Shown piece after piece: positions 1-13,380 of a DNA stretch of 64,000 bases. This DNA is from Octopus sinensis (taxonomy: Eukaryota), in the NCBI RefSeq assembly GCF_006345805.1, contig NC_043000.1, forward strand, positions 17,422,001-17,486,000, given 5' to 3'. How positions within the stretch are numbered: position 1 is the first letter of the stretch; every line of letters starts with the position of its first letter. The notes under the pieces were generated by a model that saw only the letters and a list, made by a program, of their open reading frames with translations, was not told the DNA's origin and did not search any database. A program made the position numbers and the translations under genes.

Positions 1-120
1 TGTTGCCAACTCTCACCCGTTTCCAAGCAAGGTAATATTTCTCAATGTTTTTCATGTAGTACTGGAGATGAATGTCAGAGACACTCATCTAAAACTACCA
101 AGACAAAGAGACAGCATTCA

Positions 121-542
121 ATCTTTTATATATATATAATATATATATATAAAATATATATATATATATATATATAAATATAAAATATATATATATAAAT
201 ATAATATATATATATAAATATAAATATATTATATAAAAATATATATATATATTATAAATATAAATATATATATATATAAATATTATATATATAAATATAA
301 ATATATAAATATATATATATATATAAATATATATATTATACTATATATTAAATATAAATAATATATATATCAATATAATATATATAATATAAATATAAAT
401 ATATATATATATAATATATATAAGATATATATATATATAAATATATATTATATATATATATATAAATATATATATATATTAAATATCTATATATACTATA
501 TAAACTATATATATATAAATTTTGTAGATATATATAAATATA

Positions 543-575
<33 letters not shown>

Positions 576-677
576 AATATATATTATATATATATATATA
601 ATATTAAATTATATATATAAAATATAAATATATATAATAAATATAAATATATATATATAAATATAAATATATATAAA

Positions 678-708
<31 letters not shown>

Positions 709-1095
709 ATATAAATATATATATAAATATATATAAATATATATATATATATAAATATAAATAAATATATATAAAGATATATATAAATATATATATATTA
801 TATATAAATATAATATATATATATAAATATATATTATAAATATATATATAATATAAATATATTATAAATATATATATAAATATATATAATATATATATAA
901 ATATAAATATATATAATATATATATAAATCATATATATATAAATATAAATATATATATTAATATATATATAAATAATATTATATATATAAATATAAATAT
1001 AAATATATAATATATAATATATATAATAAATATATAAATAGAAATATATATATAAATATATATCAATATATATATAATATAAATATATATATAAA
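121..1095. repeat. Degenerate (TA)n/ATAT low-complexity microsatellite
   Basis: About 1 kb almost exclusively A/T dinucleotide-like repeat. Confidence 0.97.
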
Positions 1096-1119
1096 TGTAT
1101 ATGATAATATATAGATAAC

Positions 1120-2240
1120 CTGGCTCCATCAGGCTCAGGCTCGCAGATGGAACTGCCCACAGTTCACAAGACGCGCCACAGCAGATGGACCCAGGGTGGA
1201 CAACGCCGGCAACAGCATACACCTCACCTCGATGCTCCTACTGAACATCAGAGGTTAACTAACACACAAGTAACAGGACAAAAGTCCCATTCCGAGAGGA
1301 CTTTGTCGCATGCAATCAAGCCTTATGCATAGCACTCACAGAAACGCATCTGAAACGGACATAGCAGATGCGGAATTACAACATACCACAGTATGTGGTA
1401 AAGACGGACCGACAGGAAAGAAAAGGAGTCATGGAGGAGTTGCTATGTAATCCGTGGGGACCTTCACACCCCAGGTCCTTTTGTCATACTCAACTCGGTG
1501 TGTGACCACACTAATTGTACACATAAGGCAACTTGATGTAGTTGTGTGTTGCTACATATCGCCCTCAGATGCCCCAAGTCATATGGGCAAGTTCGAGGAC
1601 TGCCTTTTAAAAATAGAAGAATTCTAACCACATTAGAACAACACATAAGTGTACTTCTCATGGGAGACTTCATCTTAACCGAATGTCAGAGTTGGCCCGA
1701 GGGCCTTTCTCTCCCAGGAATGACAAATGTGAACGTGGAGGCGAGGCGAGGTCCCTCCTGAACCTCACCAACACCCTGTACATGGAGCAAGTATATACTG
1801 CAACCAACCAGAGCAGGGAACACACTGGATCTGCTGCTTCAAAAATAATATGGATCTCATCCAAATGTGAAAGTGACACCGACACTACTCTCGGATCACA
1901 ACATGGTAGAGCTGACATGTACGGGCCAAAAGAGAGCACGGACATGCAGCCTACAAGAAAACCCTCAGATCTTTCCAGCTTGAACTTCAATAAGGCAAAC
2001 TGGAAACAAATGAGAAAGAGATCCTCAAAAAAAAACTGGCCTGAATGTCTCTCCTCGCCGGACATCGACATGATACTTCAAACAATTCATGTATGTAATG
2101 GCAAGCCATATGCTACAAATGTGTCCAGAGAGAAAGGCCACTGTACACAAGAACAAAATCCCCAGAGAGAGGAAAATTCTAATGAGACGGCGTACAAAAA
2201 TTTCAAATCGCCTAAACAACAAATTGAAAGTAGTGAAAAA
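1120..2240 (+). mobile_element. Decayed non-LTR retrotransposon (CR1/L2-like) AP-endonuclease region
   Basis: Across frameshifts reads IALTETHL, KRSHGGVA, VLLMGDF, TRAGNTLDLLL, TLLSDHNMVEL, LNFNKANW, which are APE domain motifs of LINE ORF2. Truncated by the assembly gap. Confidence 0.8.
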
Positions 2241-2340
2241 NNNNNNNNNNNNNNNNNNNNNNNNNNNNNNNNNNNNNNNNNNNNNNNNNNNNNNNNNNNN
2301 NNNNNNNNNNNNNNNNNNNNNNNNNNNNNNNNNNNNNNNN
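2241..2340. other. Assembly gap (100 N)
   Basis: Run of n characters; true length unknown. Confidence 1.
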
Positions 2341-3221
2341 TTCTTTCTGTGTTTCAACAGCATTTTAACTGTTTCAACTAGTAAACTTCGTATGCAACAA
2401 TTCTGCAGTCTTAGTTGTTTAAAATTTGTGGCCAAATATTGTAAATCACCTACTACAATACATATCAAATGTACCTGGCTGGTGTAAACACTAATGTAGT
2501 GATGTCACTTAAGCATAGTTTATTTTACATTGACATTGGTACTACTCTAAACCACAGGCAGTTAAGGTTCAGATTTTATACAGGGTATCTAAGACAACCT
2601 CTAATTTTGGGGTGAATTTTGTAAAGTTCAAATTTTGACCTGTACACCAGTATACACAGTAATTATCCTAGAGAATGCTGGTAAACTGGTTAAGAGAAGT
2701 GAAACCTTGTCTTTGCACAAGGTTTCACTTTTGGTTCAAACCCAGTCTAGGGAAATGTATATTTTAGGAACAAGACACATCAAAATTTGTAATAGATGGA
2801 AAATTTCAACCACATTTAGTTCTTGGAAATTTCAACCATTCAACATATAGACATTTTAAGACTAATTTTGTGCTCCTAACTTGGTCTCATAACCACATTT
2901 ACATTATGCAAAATTGAAGTTACCATTAAACCCATTGAATAAAACAGATTTCACTAAATAATTATTGGGAACTTTACAATAAAAACAAAATAACTGCTTG
3001 ATGAACTGCAGAATGATGATCTATCATTCTGTTTGTTCCAGTCAATTTTAGTTGAATGCATCAACCCCATTACTTATTCTCTTTTAAGTCTGGTACTTGT
3101 ACATCAACACCAGCTAGTCTACAGTATATGACAAAATTACTTTTCTTCATTGACAAATCTTCTCTATTGTGTAATATATAGAAAGATCTGTCAGCTACTT
3201 GATATTTCAAATATCAAAACA

Positions 3222-3413
3222 TTAACCCTTTAGCATTTAGATTACCATCAAATGCAATGCTTATTTATTCACTGTTTTGAATTACACACGCATTATCTCA
3301 CAGCTTCAAGATTTTGGTGGTGTGACTGCTTATTTTTAGAATGACATTGTGCGAGTTCAAATCTGGTAAAATATTTAGGCTAAATATGGTCGATTTAAAT
3401 GCCAAAGGATTAA
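3222..3413. mobile_element. piggyBac-like MITE (TTAA-flanked)
   Basis: TTAA-CCCTTTAGCATTTA ... TTTAAATGCCAAAGGA-TTAA terminal inverted repeats. Internally homologous, in opposite orientation, to 15612-15840. Confidence 0.75.
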
Positions 3414-6400
3414 ACCTCATCCCTTCACTAATTTCTACTAGCTGAAACTGACCAGTGGTACTCTGATGTCATACATAAACCAGATAACAGAGAACCAGTC
3501 CACTATGCAAGTTAAATTGATGTCAAATATCAAGTAGATCTATATTTCAGAGGTTCTATCAGAATTTTTTTTTCCTTGTTAAACACATTCTAGAATGGTT
3601 ATAGTGTAAACGTGTGCATGTTCAGATAAATAAAATAATAATAATCAACCATACCAAAGCATATCTATATTTACTTTTTTAAATCCACCCTAAATTATTG
3701 AAAAATTTGAAATGCTGTTAATGATGATGTTGGTTCATAAAACTCAAGTTTTTGAAATAGCTCCTGTTGTAGTAAATGGTTCACTGTGGTATCTTCTGTG
3801 TGTCTGAAGTAAAAAAATAACATAGAAACAAGAACAACCTCTAATAATTATCATTATCTTTCTGATAGATTTACTATAGATTGAAGTTTTGTTATATTCA
3901 TTCAAGTTTTATTCTTTTTACAGGACATATTTCTACAATTTTCTTTCAGTTTTCAAACAGTCAACTTTTAAAAACCTCCCATATTTTGTTTTCACTTTTT
4001 GAGCAATACTACAAGAGCACTTTGTTAAAGGTTTGGTAAATACTCTTTAAACAATAGTATTGATAAAGTAGGTGATGCAGAATATCATTGCAAAACTAGA
4101 AGCGTTATCAAAGAATACAACCTCATGTCATCCAATTCAATAATACACTCATCCTTCAGCAAATTTGATTTGCTAATGAAAACAAAAAAAAAGAAACACA
4201 TTTATCAGCAAGTGATTAATAGTATTACCATCTTGATTGTTTATTATGGATCAAGATAATATATATTCAGCACAGGGATCAAGCAACTGTCTTATTAGCA
4301 TTCATTTATCAGTTTTAAAATTCTCAGTCAGTATCACAGATACTCAATTCTTGACCTAAAATTTCACAAGACTCACCTCAAATAATAAAGATAAACAAAA
4401 GAGATAATGCAGCACCAACCATAGGTGGAATACTGATCACGTACAGGTGCATTGTTTGGCTTTTCCATCTAGATATATTGGTCGTGAGTAACTGCTTTTA
4501 TTTACATGGACGAGAAGAAAAAGGGAAGGATTTAGGATTTGCAAATAACTTTGCAAACAAGAGAGGCAATCATCACATTAGCTTTAAGTTCAAAGTAGCA
4601 TCCAATTTGAAGAGTACACATTCAAGGAGATGACAAGAACAGAAAAAAATTAAATAAATAAAAAAAAACAAAAAAAATTCAAAGAAAATGAGAGAGAGAG
4701 AGAGAGAATAAAGTGAAAGTGGTGCTTGTATTAAAAACAACATTTTTGCTATTTTAATTTGCATTAAATTAATTTTTAGAATTAGAAAACTGAAACAGTT
4801 GAGAGGGGTGATAAGTATGGATTGAAACAGAAAACAAAATAAGTTAAAAAAAAATAATCAAAACGTGTAAAACAGGAAAATGATGAGAAAAGAGAGAGTG
4901 AGAATTAAAGCTTACTGTAAATTATGTTTCTTAGCCCATAACTTAACTGTCTAATATAAAAAGTAAAAAAGTAATAACTAGATATTGACAAAACCTGAAG
5001 ACTGTGTCACAGAAACAAGTCTCAGATAAATTTTACCTTCTACATTTTAGTAATTCTTTACAGTAAGTAACATTCTTAAAAAGAAAAACTATCAGCAATA
5101 TTTTGATTTAGCAAATAATTGTATTGGAATAAAAAAAATAAATAAATGTGATTGAAAAATTGTAATATTTAATTACAAAAATATTTTTTTAAAGTTTATT
5201 TCCAGATACTAAAATGTTTTAGACAAAAAATTTAAGATAACTAGTTTATAAATATTTTTTTCCTAAGTTTTTAAGAACAAAAAGTTATAGGCCAAAAAAT
5301 AATTCTTTGAAATTTCATTAGTATACTTTCCTATTTTGACAAGATTGCTGATGATAAAGGTTGTTTTGTTGGTAACATTTATGTAGACAAATATTTTAGT
5401 GAAAAATTAGCATTAGAGGGCTTTTGCTTTTCATAAAACATCTATTTTCAATGCTGCCAAGGCAAAGCATATTACACAGCAATATGTTGAGCAGAGTACA
5501 TTCAACTGTAGTTTATATTGCAGTTGAAATGAGTAAAATGACTTGGATAATTGAAGCCTCTTGAAGTCAGCAAATATCAGGAAGATAATCCAAATAGTAT
5601 TATTGAAATAATCAAATTTTTTTATAGAGTTCCTCCTATCAAACTATAGAATTAGCGAGATGTAATCAACTTTAACAATAAAGCAATAACCTTGCATTTC
5701 TAATTGATAAAAGCAATATTCAAAATAATTAAAGTTATCCATAACAATTAAACAAATATATTAAATCTGTGGAAAAAAAAAAGCCTAGTCTTCAAAAATT
5801 TAATAAAAAATTCAAACTATAAGAGAACAGCAAAGCTTTAGCTTAATAAAAACCAACGTAACCATTAATAAATTGTAAATAACATAAGGTGTTAAAGGCT
5901 GAAATTATAAACTAATTAATTATAAGAAATTAAAATCTTTCCTGATTGAAATAGTATTATTCCACATCTTATTAAGGACCAACTAATAAAGAATCTTGCA
6001 TCCTCTAGTGAAGGTAGAGTAGGAGATCCATTTATTGATGTTTAGGATGAAGTTTGCCAGACAGACCAGAACAAAGTTAACCAATATGTTGCTAACTTTT
6101 AATTTCGAAATAGATGCTGCACTGCTTTCCCTATGGATGTGTACTTTATATTTATTAACAGATTTCATGTTGCAATTCATTTCTTATAAATAAATTATTT
6201 CAAATCTTTCTTACAATTGGTATTTTTTCTTTGAATGACCCAGACAGATATTACAAACGATATCAGTCATAAGACAAAGTCTACTTTAGGGAATGTGCTA
6301 CAGTCATCAAAAAAGAAAATTGAAAAATATATTTATCTTAAAAATTACATAGGAAAAAATATTGTCAATATCTACTTAAAAAATTGACAGCACAGCAGTC

Positions 6401-7439
6401 ATATTATTTTATCATTTAATCAGAGAAAAATCAATAAAAAGTTAGCACCCAAATGAAAATTTCATAAATTAATTGGAGTAACTTTCAGACCAAATCTGGT
6501 GTGGTTTTAGGTAAGGGCAGCTTTCAGAATGTATTCCATCAAACATTTACTGACAGAAAATATTTGAAAACTATTGAGTTCAAATGAAAAACATTAAATA
6601 CACACGAAAATAATCTTTCAATAGGAATAATAACTTGGATTTAGAACTTAAGGCTATTTGATTATTATTCTCCCAAAAATCATTAAATTAATAGATTTTC
6701 AATATATATATATATATAAAGCCTTGCTTTTTAAAATCTTAGCATTATTACTAAAAGAAAAATTTTATTACTAAGAGAAATATTTCAGAAAAGCAAGCAA
6801 AATTTAACTCTAAAATTACAGAGACAGTAAAATCTGTAACAAAATTGTAATCAAGTATAACATAAAACTGCGAACTAACCAAAACAATAACAATGATGAT
6901 GATGATGATGATAATGATATGAAGAGAATGATTAGAGTATTACCTTATTCTTAAAAATAATATTTTACAGTAGAGATAAAATTTTCTTTCCCTTCTGTTA
7001 TATATCAATGAAGAAATCCACTGGTAATATTACTTCATTTGTAATAACTCAATCTTTAATTACTAAAGGTGTTCTAAATTTAAATAATGTAATTTACTAT
7101 ACAAATTGAAAATACTTTCAGATTGTATCAAGATAGATGGATTTAAAGCTAACAAACGTCTTAGGATTTAGGAGGATGATGATGTCTAACAAATTTAAAA
7201 TGACTAAATATCAAAAGAAGAGATAAATTATATATATATATAAACCTAAACTAAATGCCAGCAGTTATGATACTAAATATGATTTATGAAGAGTAGTCTT
7301 GCGCTCAATAACTTCACACCTCCAACACAACAAAAACTGCAATTTTTATAGCAATCTTTCTGGCAAAAAAAGCCAAACATAGGAGAAGAAAGAGAAACAA
7401 AACACACTTAGAAATAATCAGAATTTTGATTGTGTGCAA

Positions 7440-7731
7440 CAAACCTTATATATACACATATATACATACATATATATATATATACATATATATATACATA
7501 TACACATATATATATATACATATATATATACATATACACACATATATATATACATATACACACATATATACATATATATACACACACATATATACATACA
7601 CATATATATATACATACATATATACACATACATATATATATATATATACATACATATACATATACACATACATATATATATATATACATACATATACATA
7701 TATACATATACATATACATATATATATATAC

Positions 7732-7778
<47 letters not shown>

Positions 7779-7892
7779 TATATATACACATACAATATAT
7801 ATACATATACATATATACATACATATATACATACATATATACATACATATATACATACATATATACATACATACATACATATATATATACAC
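7440..7892. repeat. (TA/CA)n compound microsatellite
   Basis: ATATAC/ATAC/AT repeats; source of the spurious Y/I/H/T-rich ORFs in the track. Confidence 0.97.
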
Positions 7893-8000
7893 ACTTGGCT
7901 TTGAAAGACATTGAATGAGGAAAAAGCAAATCTTATACAGGTAAAGTATGCTCAGTTTATCATTCTAAGCAAGCAACTCAAAAGAATAAAGGCACACACA

Positions 8001-8048
<48 letters not shown>

Positions 8049-8915
8049 TACACTATGTATGCATATATATATGCACATGTATTTTAAAAACATACATAAG
8101 AATGTATGTGCGCATGTGTATACATATATGCACATATGAGTTTTTACAAATCTATATATATACACACACATTAGTATGCATGTAAACATAGGTATGTACA
8201 TGTATATAAATATATGTTCAAACCCAAATGAAGTCAACATATTTTTCTTCTAAGAATCACTATGTGTTGGAAAAAAATTCTTCAAACTCAAACCTATGCA
8301 CTGACAAACTACAAAGCCGAGAAGTAAAATTGAAACTTATGAGAATTAAATATATATCTTCAAACATAATGATTTTAGTGTCAAAGAAAACAGATTTTGT
8401 TTTTTAATTAAGCAGAAAAATCATTGCATCTCTCTCTCTCACACACACTCATACTTTCACATATACAGACAGGAGAAGATGTTTCTAAAATTTAAAGCTA
8501 ACCACTTATAGTTAAAAAGAAGATGTACAGGAAAGACTAAAATGGAATACAGTAAGAAGTATGAGCTAAGCTGAAATAGAGAGCTATGTCAAAGAAGAAC
8601 CTAAGTTTCTTAGGTAAAACTAGTTTTATGAAAGTCTAACCAGAATTTTAATTGATTGAAGAAGGCAGCCAGATCATAAGACACCTATCAGCACCACATG
8701 CAAAATTCTAAAGATCAATAAAAGGAAAATAGACAATTTTACCTTTTCATTTTTAAGTAGTTTGAGAAATGCAAAAGAAAATACTGCACAAAGCAAACAT
8801 TTTTTTTTCTTCTGAAAGAATTCAGAAAATTGTTAAACAGAGCTATGTGAAAATGGAATTCAGAATTTTTTTTTATAGTTCTCGCTGTAAATATCACATG
8901 GTAATCTTAGTAAAT

Positions 8916-8921
8916 TTTATT
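8916..8921 (-). promoter_or_regulatory. Candidate proximal polyadenylation signal
   Basis: AATAAA on the minus strand about 45 nt after the WNK stop codon. The hexamer is common in AT-rich DNA, so this is weak. Confidence 0.25.
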
Positions 8922-8963
8922 TACAATTATTCAAGAAGAAAATAGAAAGACGTGGTGGTAGCA

Positions 8964-9837
8964 TCACATATTACTTGGATTGTCAGTCTTTGGGTCTGTT
9001 GACTTACTAATTACTGTTTCAAAAGCCTCTGTCTGAGAAGGGTGAGTTTTGGGGTGGTGCTCTTTAGAAGATTGCAACATGTCTTTCTTTGACATTGGTT
9101 CTGAATAACTAGTTTTAGTAGGAGCTGTGGCTCCTTGTGAGACAAGATTTGTTGTTGGATACTGCCAACCCTGTAACAATGATGGCTGGCGGAGAAATGG
9201 AACTCTATTTAATACTGGCTGGCCATACTGTGCCTGGTTTTGTTCATCAGTCATTTGATAAGAGTGACTCTGATCTCTCTGTTGCTGATAGTCAGAAACC
9301 CTGTGCCCAGAAGTTGAATGATGGACTGGAGGACCAGATCCCATATGTTCTGATGGCAATTCAGAAAAATAGTCTCCTTGTGAAGATTTAGAACTTACAT
9401 CACCTTTATGATGTAAAGACTGCTGTCCCTTTGAGGATGCTTCCCACTGAGAAGGGGTGGGATCCATATCAGAATGTGATTGAACAGGGGACCTGAAAGT
9501 AGAATATGGTGAGATGGACCTATAAGGTCCTTGCACATCAGGTGAAAGATTCCTAGATTGTTTTGTAAAGTTTTCCATACATTTCAAGATACCAGCTGAA
9601 AACAGCTCCTCACTCTTTGGTACATTCACAGCCATTTGAGGAATACTACTACTTCCAACTGGTAAAGGTGATACTAAAGAGCCTGGGACAGATTGCAAAG
9701 TAACTGGAATTGGGCTCAACATTGGTCCATTATTCACATGTTTAATAAAATCTTCAACATGGATTCCATGTTTACGTAGGAAAAGTTCAATCTCATTTTT
9801 ATGCCTTAATTGCATTTCAGCTAATTCTGTTTTTTGC
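8964..9837 (-). CDS. WNK: WNK C-terminal exon (coiled coil plus disordered tail, stop TGA)
   Basis: (R)QKTELAEMQLRHKNEIELFLRKHG...TDNPSNM*. Acceptor ttttcag in phase 2, stop at 8964-8966. All 17 exons sum to 5352 nt, a multiple of 3. Confidence 0.88.
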
Positions 9838-11139
9838 CTGAAATTATAAAAATATTCTATAATTAATAATTTACACAAACAATTAATTTCTTTTACACAG
9901 TAATCTGTATTGCAACAGAAATCTGCAGTCAGTCAGTCAAGAAATATTAATGATACATGTGAAAAATAAATTTTTCAAAAGAAAGCTAGCCCCCCCCCCC
10001 CCCCCCCAAAAAAATGCATATTAAAGAATCAAGTAATGATTTTTATTTGGTTTTCAAAATTTCAAAACAAACATTTTCATCATTATTCCATTTTTCCACA
10101 ACTGAAAAAAGACATTTCCTTATATCTGATCTTAACTTTTTGCCCTAAATATTACCATCTTCAGACAGCTTCTTGTCTGATAGAATTCTTCATAGCTCTT
10201 TTAGATTTGGTATTGTGAGATGTTAAAATTTCAGTTCACATTTTGCAATATTTATCATTAATGGAATTAAACAACTTTTTCCTATGAAAGTAAAAACTAA
10301 TGATTTTTAAAAAGAGTTAGTTATAGTTACTAGTATCCTAAATGAGGAGTTCTAACAGTGACAAATGGTTAAATGCTTGTAAAGGCTAAATATTTGTAAT
10401 AGTTAAAAATCAAACACAAAATACTACTGGGACTTATTTTAGATCTCAGATGAATGAAAAGTAAAAACCAACCCTAGAGAATTCAATTTAAAGAGATGAA
10501 ACTAAATACCTCAAACATTTCAGCCAATCCACTTAAGTAATAATGACAATATAAAGATTTAATAGATATATATTTAAAAAAAAATATTTTCATTATGATT
10601 TCCAGTTATGGTGGAATAATATTTTCTGACTCTTACCAAGAAGGAATATATATTCCACAAGCATTTTGAAAATGTAAGCTTAACACCAGAAAAATAAACA
10701 AAAAGTTAATACATTAGCATTTAGTCCTGAGTATTATGAAGAAAATACATATAAACTAATGAGGGGTATGAAATTTAAACAATTTATTCAAGAATAATAT
10801 CATCAAACCTGATAATATTTATTTTTATGCTTTTAATATACTGGTAAACAAAACAAACTTGTGAAACTCATATAAAAGTACGAGAAATACTAATATATTA
10901 GAATAACAACACACATTAATGAGGTGATTTTTTTGAGCTTAGTATAATAATATTAAATATGACTGAGTTGAAATTAAGACAATGGGTAGCGAAATTTTAT
11001 AATCAAAGGGTGTAAAGCTAATATGAAGTTACAACTACGAACTTCAAAAGGCAATCTTTTTAAAATATGTACTGAGTGAACTGAAATTTCAATTTATTTT
11101 CATTTTTAAAACTTTATTTGTAAATGAAATAATTTCACT

Positions 11140-11141
<2 letters not shown>

Positions 11142-11184
<43 letters not shown>
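11142..11184. repeat. (AAT)14 microsatellite
   Basis: Perfect AAT run about 95 nt into the intron following exon 11278-11354. Confidence 0.95.
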
Positions 11185-11186
<2 letters not shown>

Positions 11187-11277
11187 GGCAATTAAAAATA
11201 TTACAACTTCTATGGACCTTTGAAAGTTATAACTTATGATTAAAATAAAACATATTGCAAAGTTCACTATCACATAC

Positions 11278-11354
11278 CTTATCATTAATTCTCGATATTC
11301 TTCATCATTTTCAAATGGTAAAGGCCACCTCTGGTCTTCTGAATGGTAAACATC
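11278..11354 (-). CDS. WNK: WNK exon leading into C-terminal coiled coil
   Basis: DVYHSEDQRWPLPFENDEEYRELMI(R). Boundaries tatttgcag/gtatgt, 77 nt, phase 0 to 2. Confidence 0.88.
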
Positions 11355-11431
11355 CTGCAAATATTTTTTACAATTGCTATCAATGAAATCAAATCACAGC
11401 CTAAAGATATTGACAATAAAAAAAAAATTAC

Positions 11432-11494
11432 CTGCAGATAAGATTTAAATATTTCAACAAGCACCACAGTCTTAGAATAGTCAGACTGTGTCTC
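11432..11494 (-). CDS. WNK: WNK small exon (63 nt)
   Basis: ETQSDYSKTVVLVEIFKSYLQ. Boundaries ttctctgatgcaag/gtaatt, symmetric phase 0, followed by a 77-nt intron. Confidence 0.7.
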
Positions 11495-11594
11495 CTTGCA
11501 TCAGAGAACAAGGGACACCCACACCAGCATGGAATAACAGACATAAAAAGATATGAGTGGATGTATACAGTTGTATGTGCATACACATACTATG

Positions 11595-11700
11595 TCATGG
11601 CTGTGGTTAAGAAGTTCTCTCAGCAACTATGTGGTTTTGGGTTCGGTCCCATTGTGTGGCATCTTAGTCAAGTGTCCAATCACTTGTAAGTGAATCTGGA
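11595..11700 (+). mobile_element. Degraded tRNA-SINE head (same family as 34731-35137)
   Basis: ggctgtggttaag...gggttcggtcccattgtgtggcatcttagtcaagtgtc resembles the A-box/B-box head of the intact copies. Confidence 0.55.
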
Positions 11701-12779
11701 TGATGGTAACTACAGTGCATATGTACATACAGATACACACATGCACACAATTAGATTAATATGTGCAAATGTGCATGAATGTTGATATTCCACAATTTCA
11801 TTAATCTGTGGAGTTAAGAAGTTTTCTTATCAGGTTTTGGTACCTTGAGTATAGATATAGTCTTCTACTTTAACCAAGGGTCAATAAAAGCTTTGAGTGT
11901 ATTTGGAAGACAGAAGCCTGTATGTCTCTGTGTGTGTGTGCATGCATTTACATATGTATATGTAAGCGTACATGTTCTTATTTTCTGGCCACAGAAAATC
12001 TGTCTCCATGAATTCTGTTTGACTCATACGCTACTATGTGAATTGTTATTGCCAATTCTTTCTCCTGATGAAGGAAGCCAGTCTTATGGTAATATTTATA
12101 TGTGACCATTTACTGACTGCATATCCATGATTTTTGCACATTCCATCAACTAATTATGAACATCATGATTACATAATTCTGGGCTTCAAGAAACAGCTGT
12201 TGAGTTAAAATCTATGCATTCTCTCACTAGTATTCTGTATTTTTATGCTCTATGTAAATTTATTTGTCCATATACGTATCGATACCAATGTGCTTGCACA
12301 TGTGGGTTATCTTCTGAATATATTTAGTTACGTGTATCTATATGTGCATATACATATTGGCACCTGATGGTTCAAGTTTTTTTTTTAAATGAAAAAGTGT
12401 CCCAGCATTGGATTGGTCGGAATGGGGCCCAAGACCTTGCTCTTTGTGCTTGGCAGCCCCCCCCCCCCTCACTGTGTGTGATTTTTTTCTTGTGAGGATA
12501 TGTAAAAGGCTGCTTTTATGTTCCACCGCTACCCACTAACCGTGAAGACCTTAAGCATTGAATAAAGACAGCAATCAACTCAGTTGATTGAGATATGCTG
12601 ATATGTGTCTGGGAGGAATTCTCTTATCGCATTGATGCCATATTGAACACTTGTATGACAGGAAATAAAAGTTGATTGTCAATAAATACTTGTGACTGAG
12701 CTGGAGTTTTCTATTGCTTTCTCTTATCAAAATATTGCATGATGAAATCGGTTCACTCTTTTTGAATAACTTTGTATAC

Positions 12780-12955
12780 GCACACATGTATGACGGGGTT
12801 TGGGCTTCTTTCAGTTTCTGTGTACCAAATCCACTCACAAGGCTTTGATTGGTCCAAGATTATAGAAGACACTTGCCCAAGGTATTAAGCAGTGGGACTG
12901 AACCTGGAACCATGTGGTTAGGAAGCAAAGTTCTTACCACACAGCCTTGCCTGCA
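12780..12955 (-). mobile_element. Partial tRNA-SINE (same family as 34731-35137)
   Basis: ccaaatccactcacaaggctttg...agaagacacttgcccaagg...gggactgaacctggaaccatgtggtt matches the intact copies. Confidence 0.75.
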
Positions 12956-13012
12956 CCTCTGTATACATACATACATATACACACACACAGATATGTGCAC
13001 ATACATATCATC

Positions 13013-13380
13013 ATCATTTAACATCCATTTTCCATGCTGGCATGAGCTAGCCAGCTGAAGAGCTGCTCAGGCTCCATACTTGTTTTGGCATGGTTTCTAT
13101 GACTGGATGCTCTTCCTTATGCCAACCATTTTACAGAGTCTGCTGGGTGTTTAAGCCTGTATGCAAGGACAACCACGTTTTTACTTAGCTTGGCATTCTT
13201 TCTAAAGCACGGCAAGCCACCAAGGGTCTTGGTCCCCTAGCATGTCCCCTGTAAGTCCCAACGTCTGTAGATCCTTTCTCATCACTTTGTCCCACCTCTT
13301 TCTGGGTCTACTCCTTCAACATGTTCCCTCTACAATTTGAGATCAGCATCTCTTGATGCAACTGTCCATTCATCCATCCA
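13013..13380 (-). mobile_element. Decayed RTE 3' end (ORF C-terminus plus tail)
   Basis: Reverse complement resembles the GRPRKTWDEVVK..DL region and the CCATGCTAGCATGGAAA...GATGAT tail of the RTE at 45591-48102. Confidence 0.6.

Noticed and set aside
834-1222. ORFs of 97-108 aa rich in Y/I
   Set aside because: Translations of the (TA)n microsatellite, which lacks stops in some frames; not genes.
5983-6180. 65-aa minus-strand ORF downstream of the WNK stop
   Set aside because: No convincing splice sites or recognisable motif; more likely 3' UTR or intergenic.
7408-7929. Six overlapping 148-173 aa ORFs
   Set aside because: Artefacts of the TA/CA microsatellite.
12060-12110. CTGATGA hammerhead-like core
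   Set aside because: No GAAA or stem III follows; at most a heavily decayed Penelope-like end.
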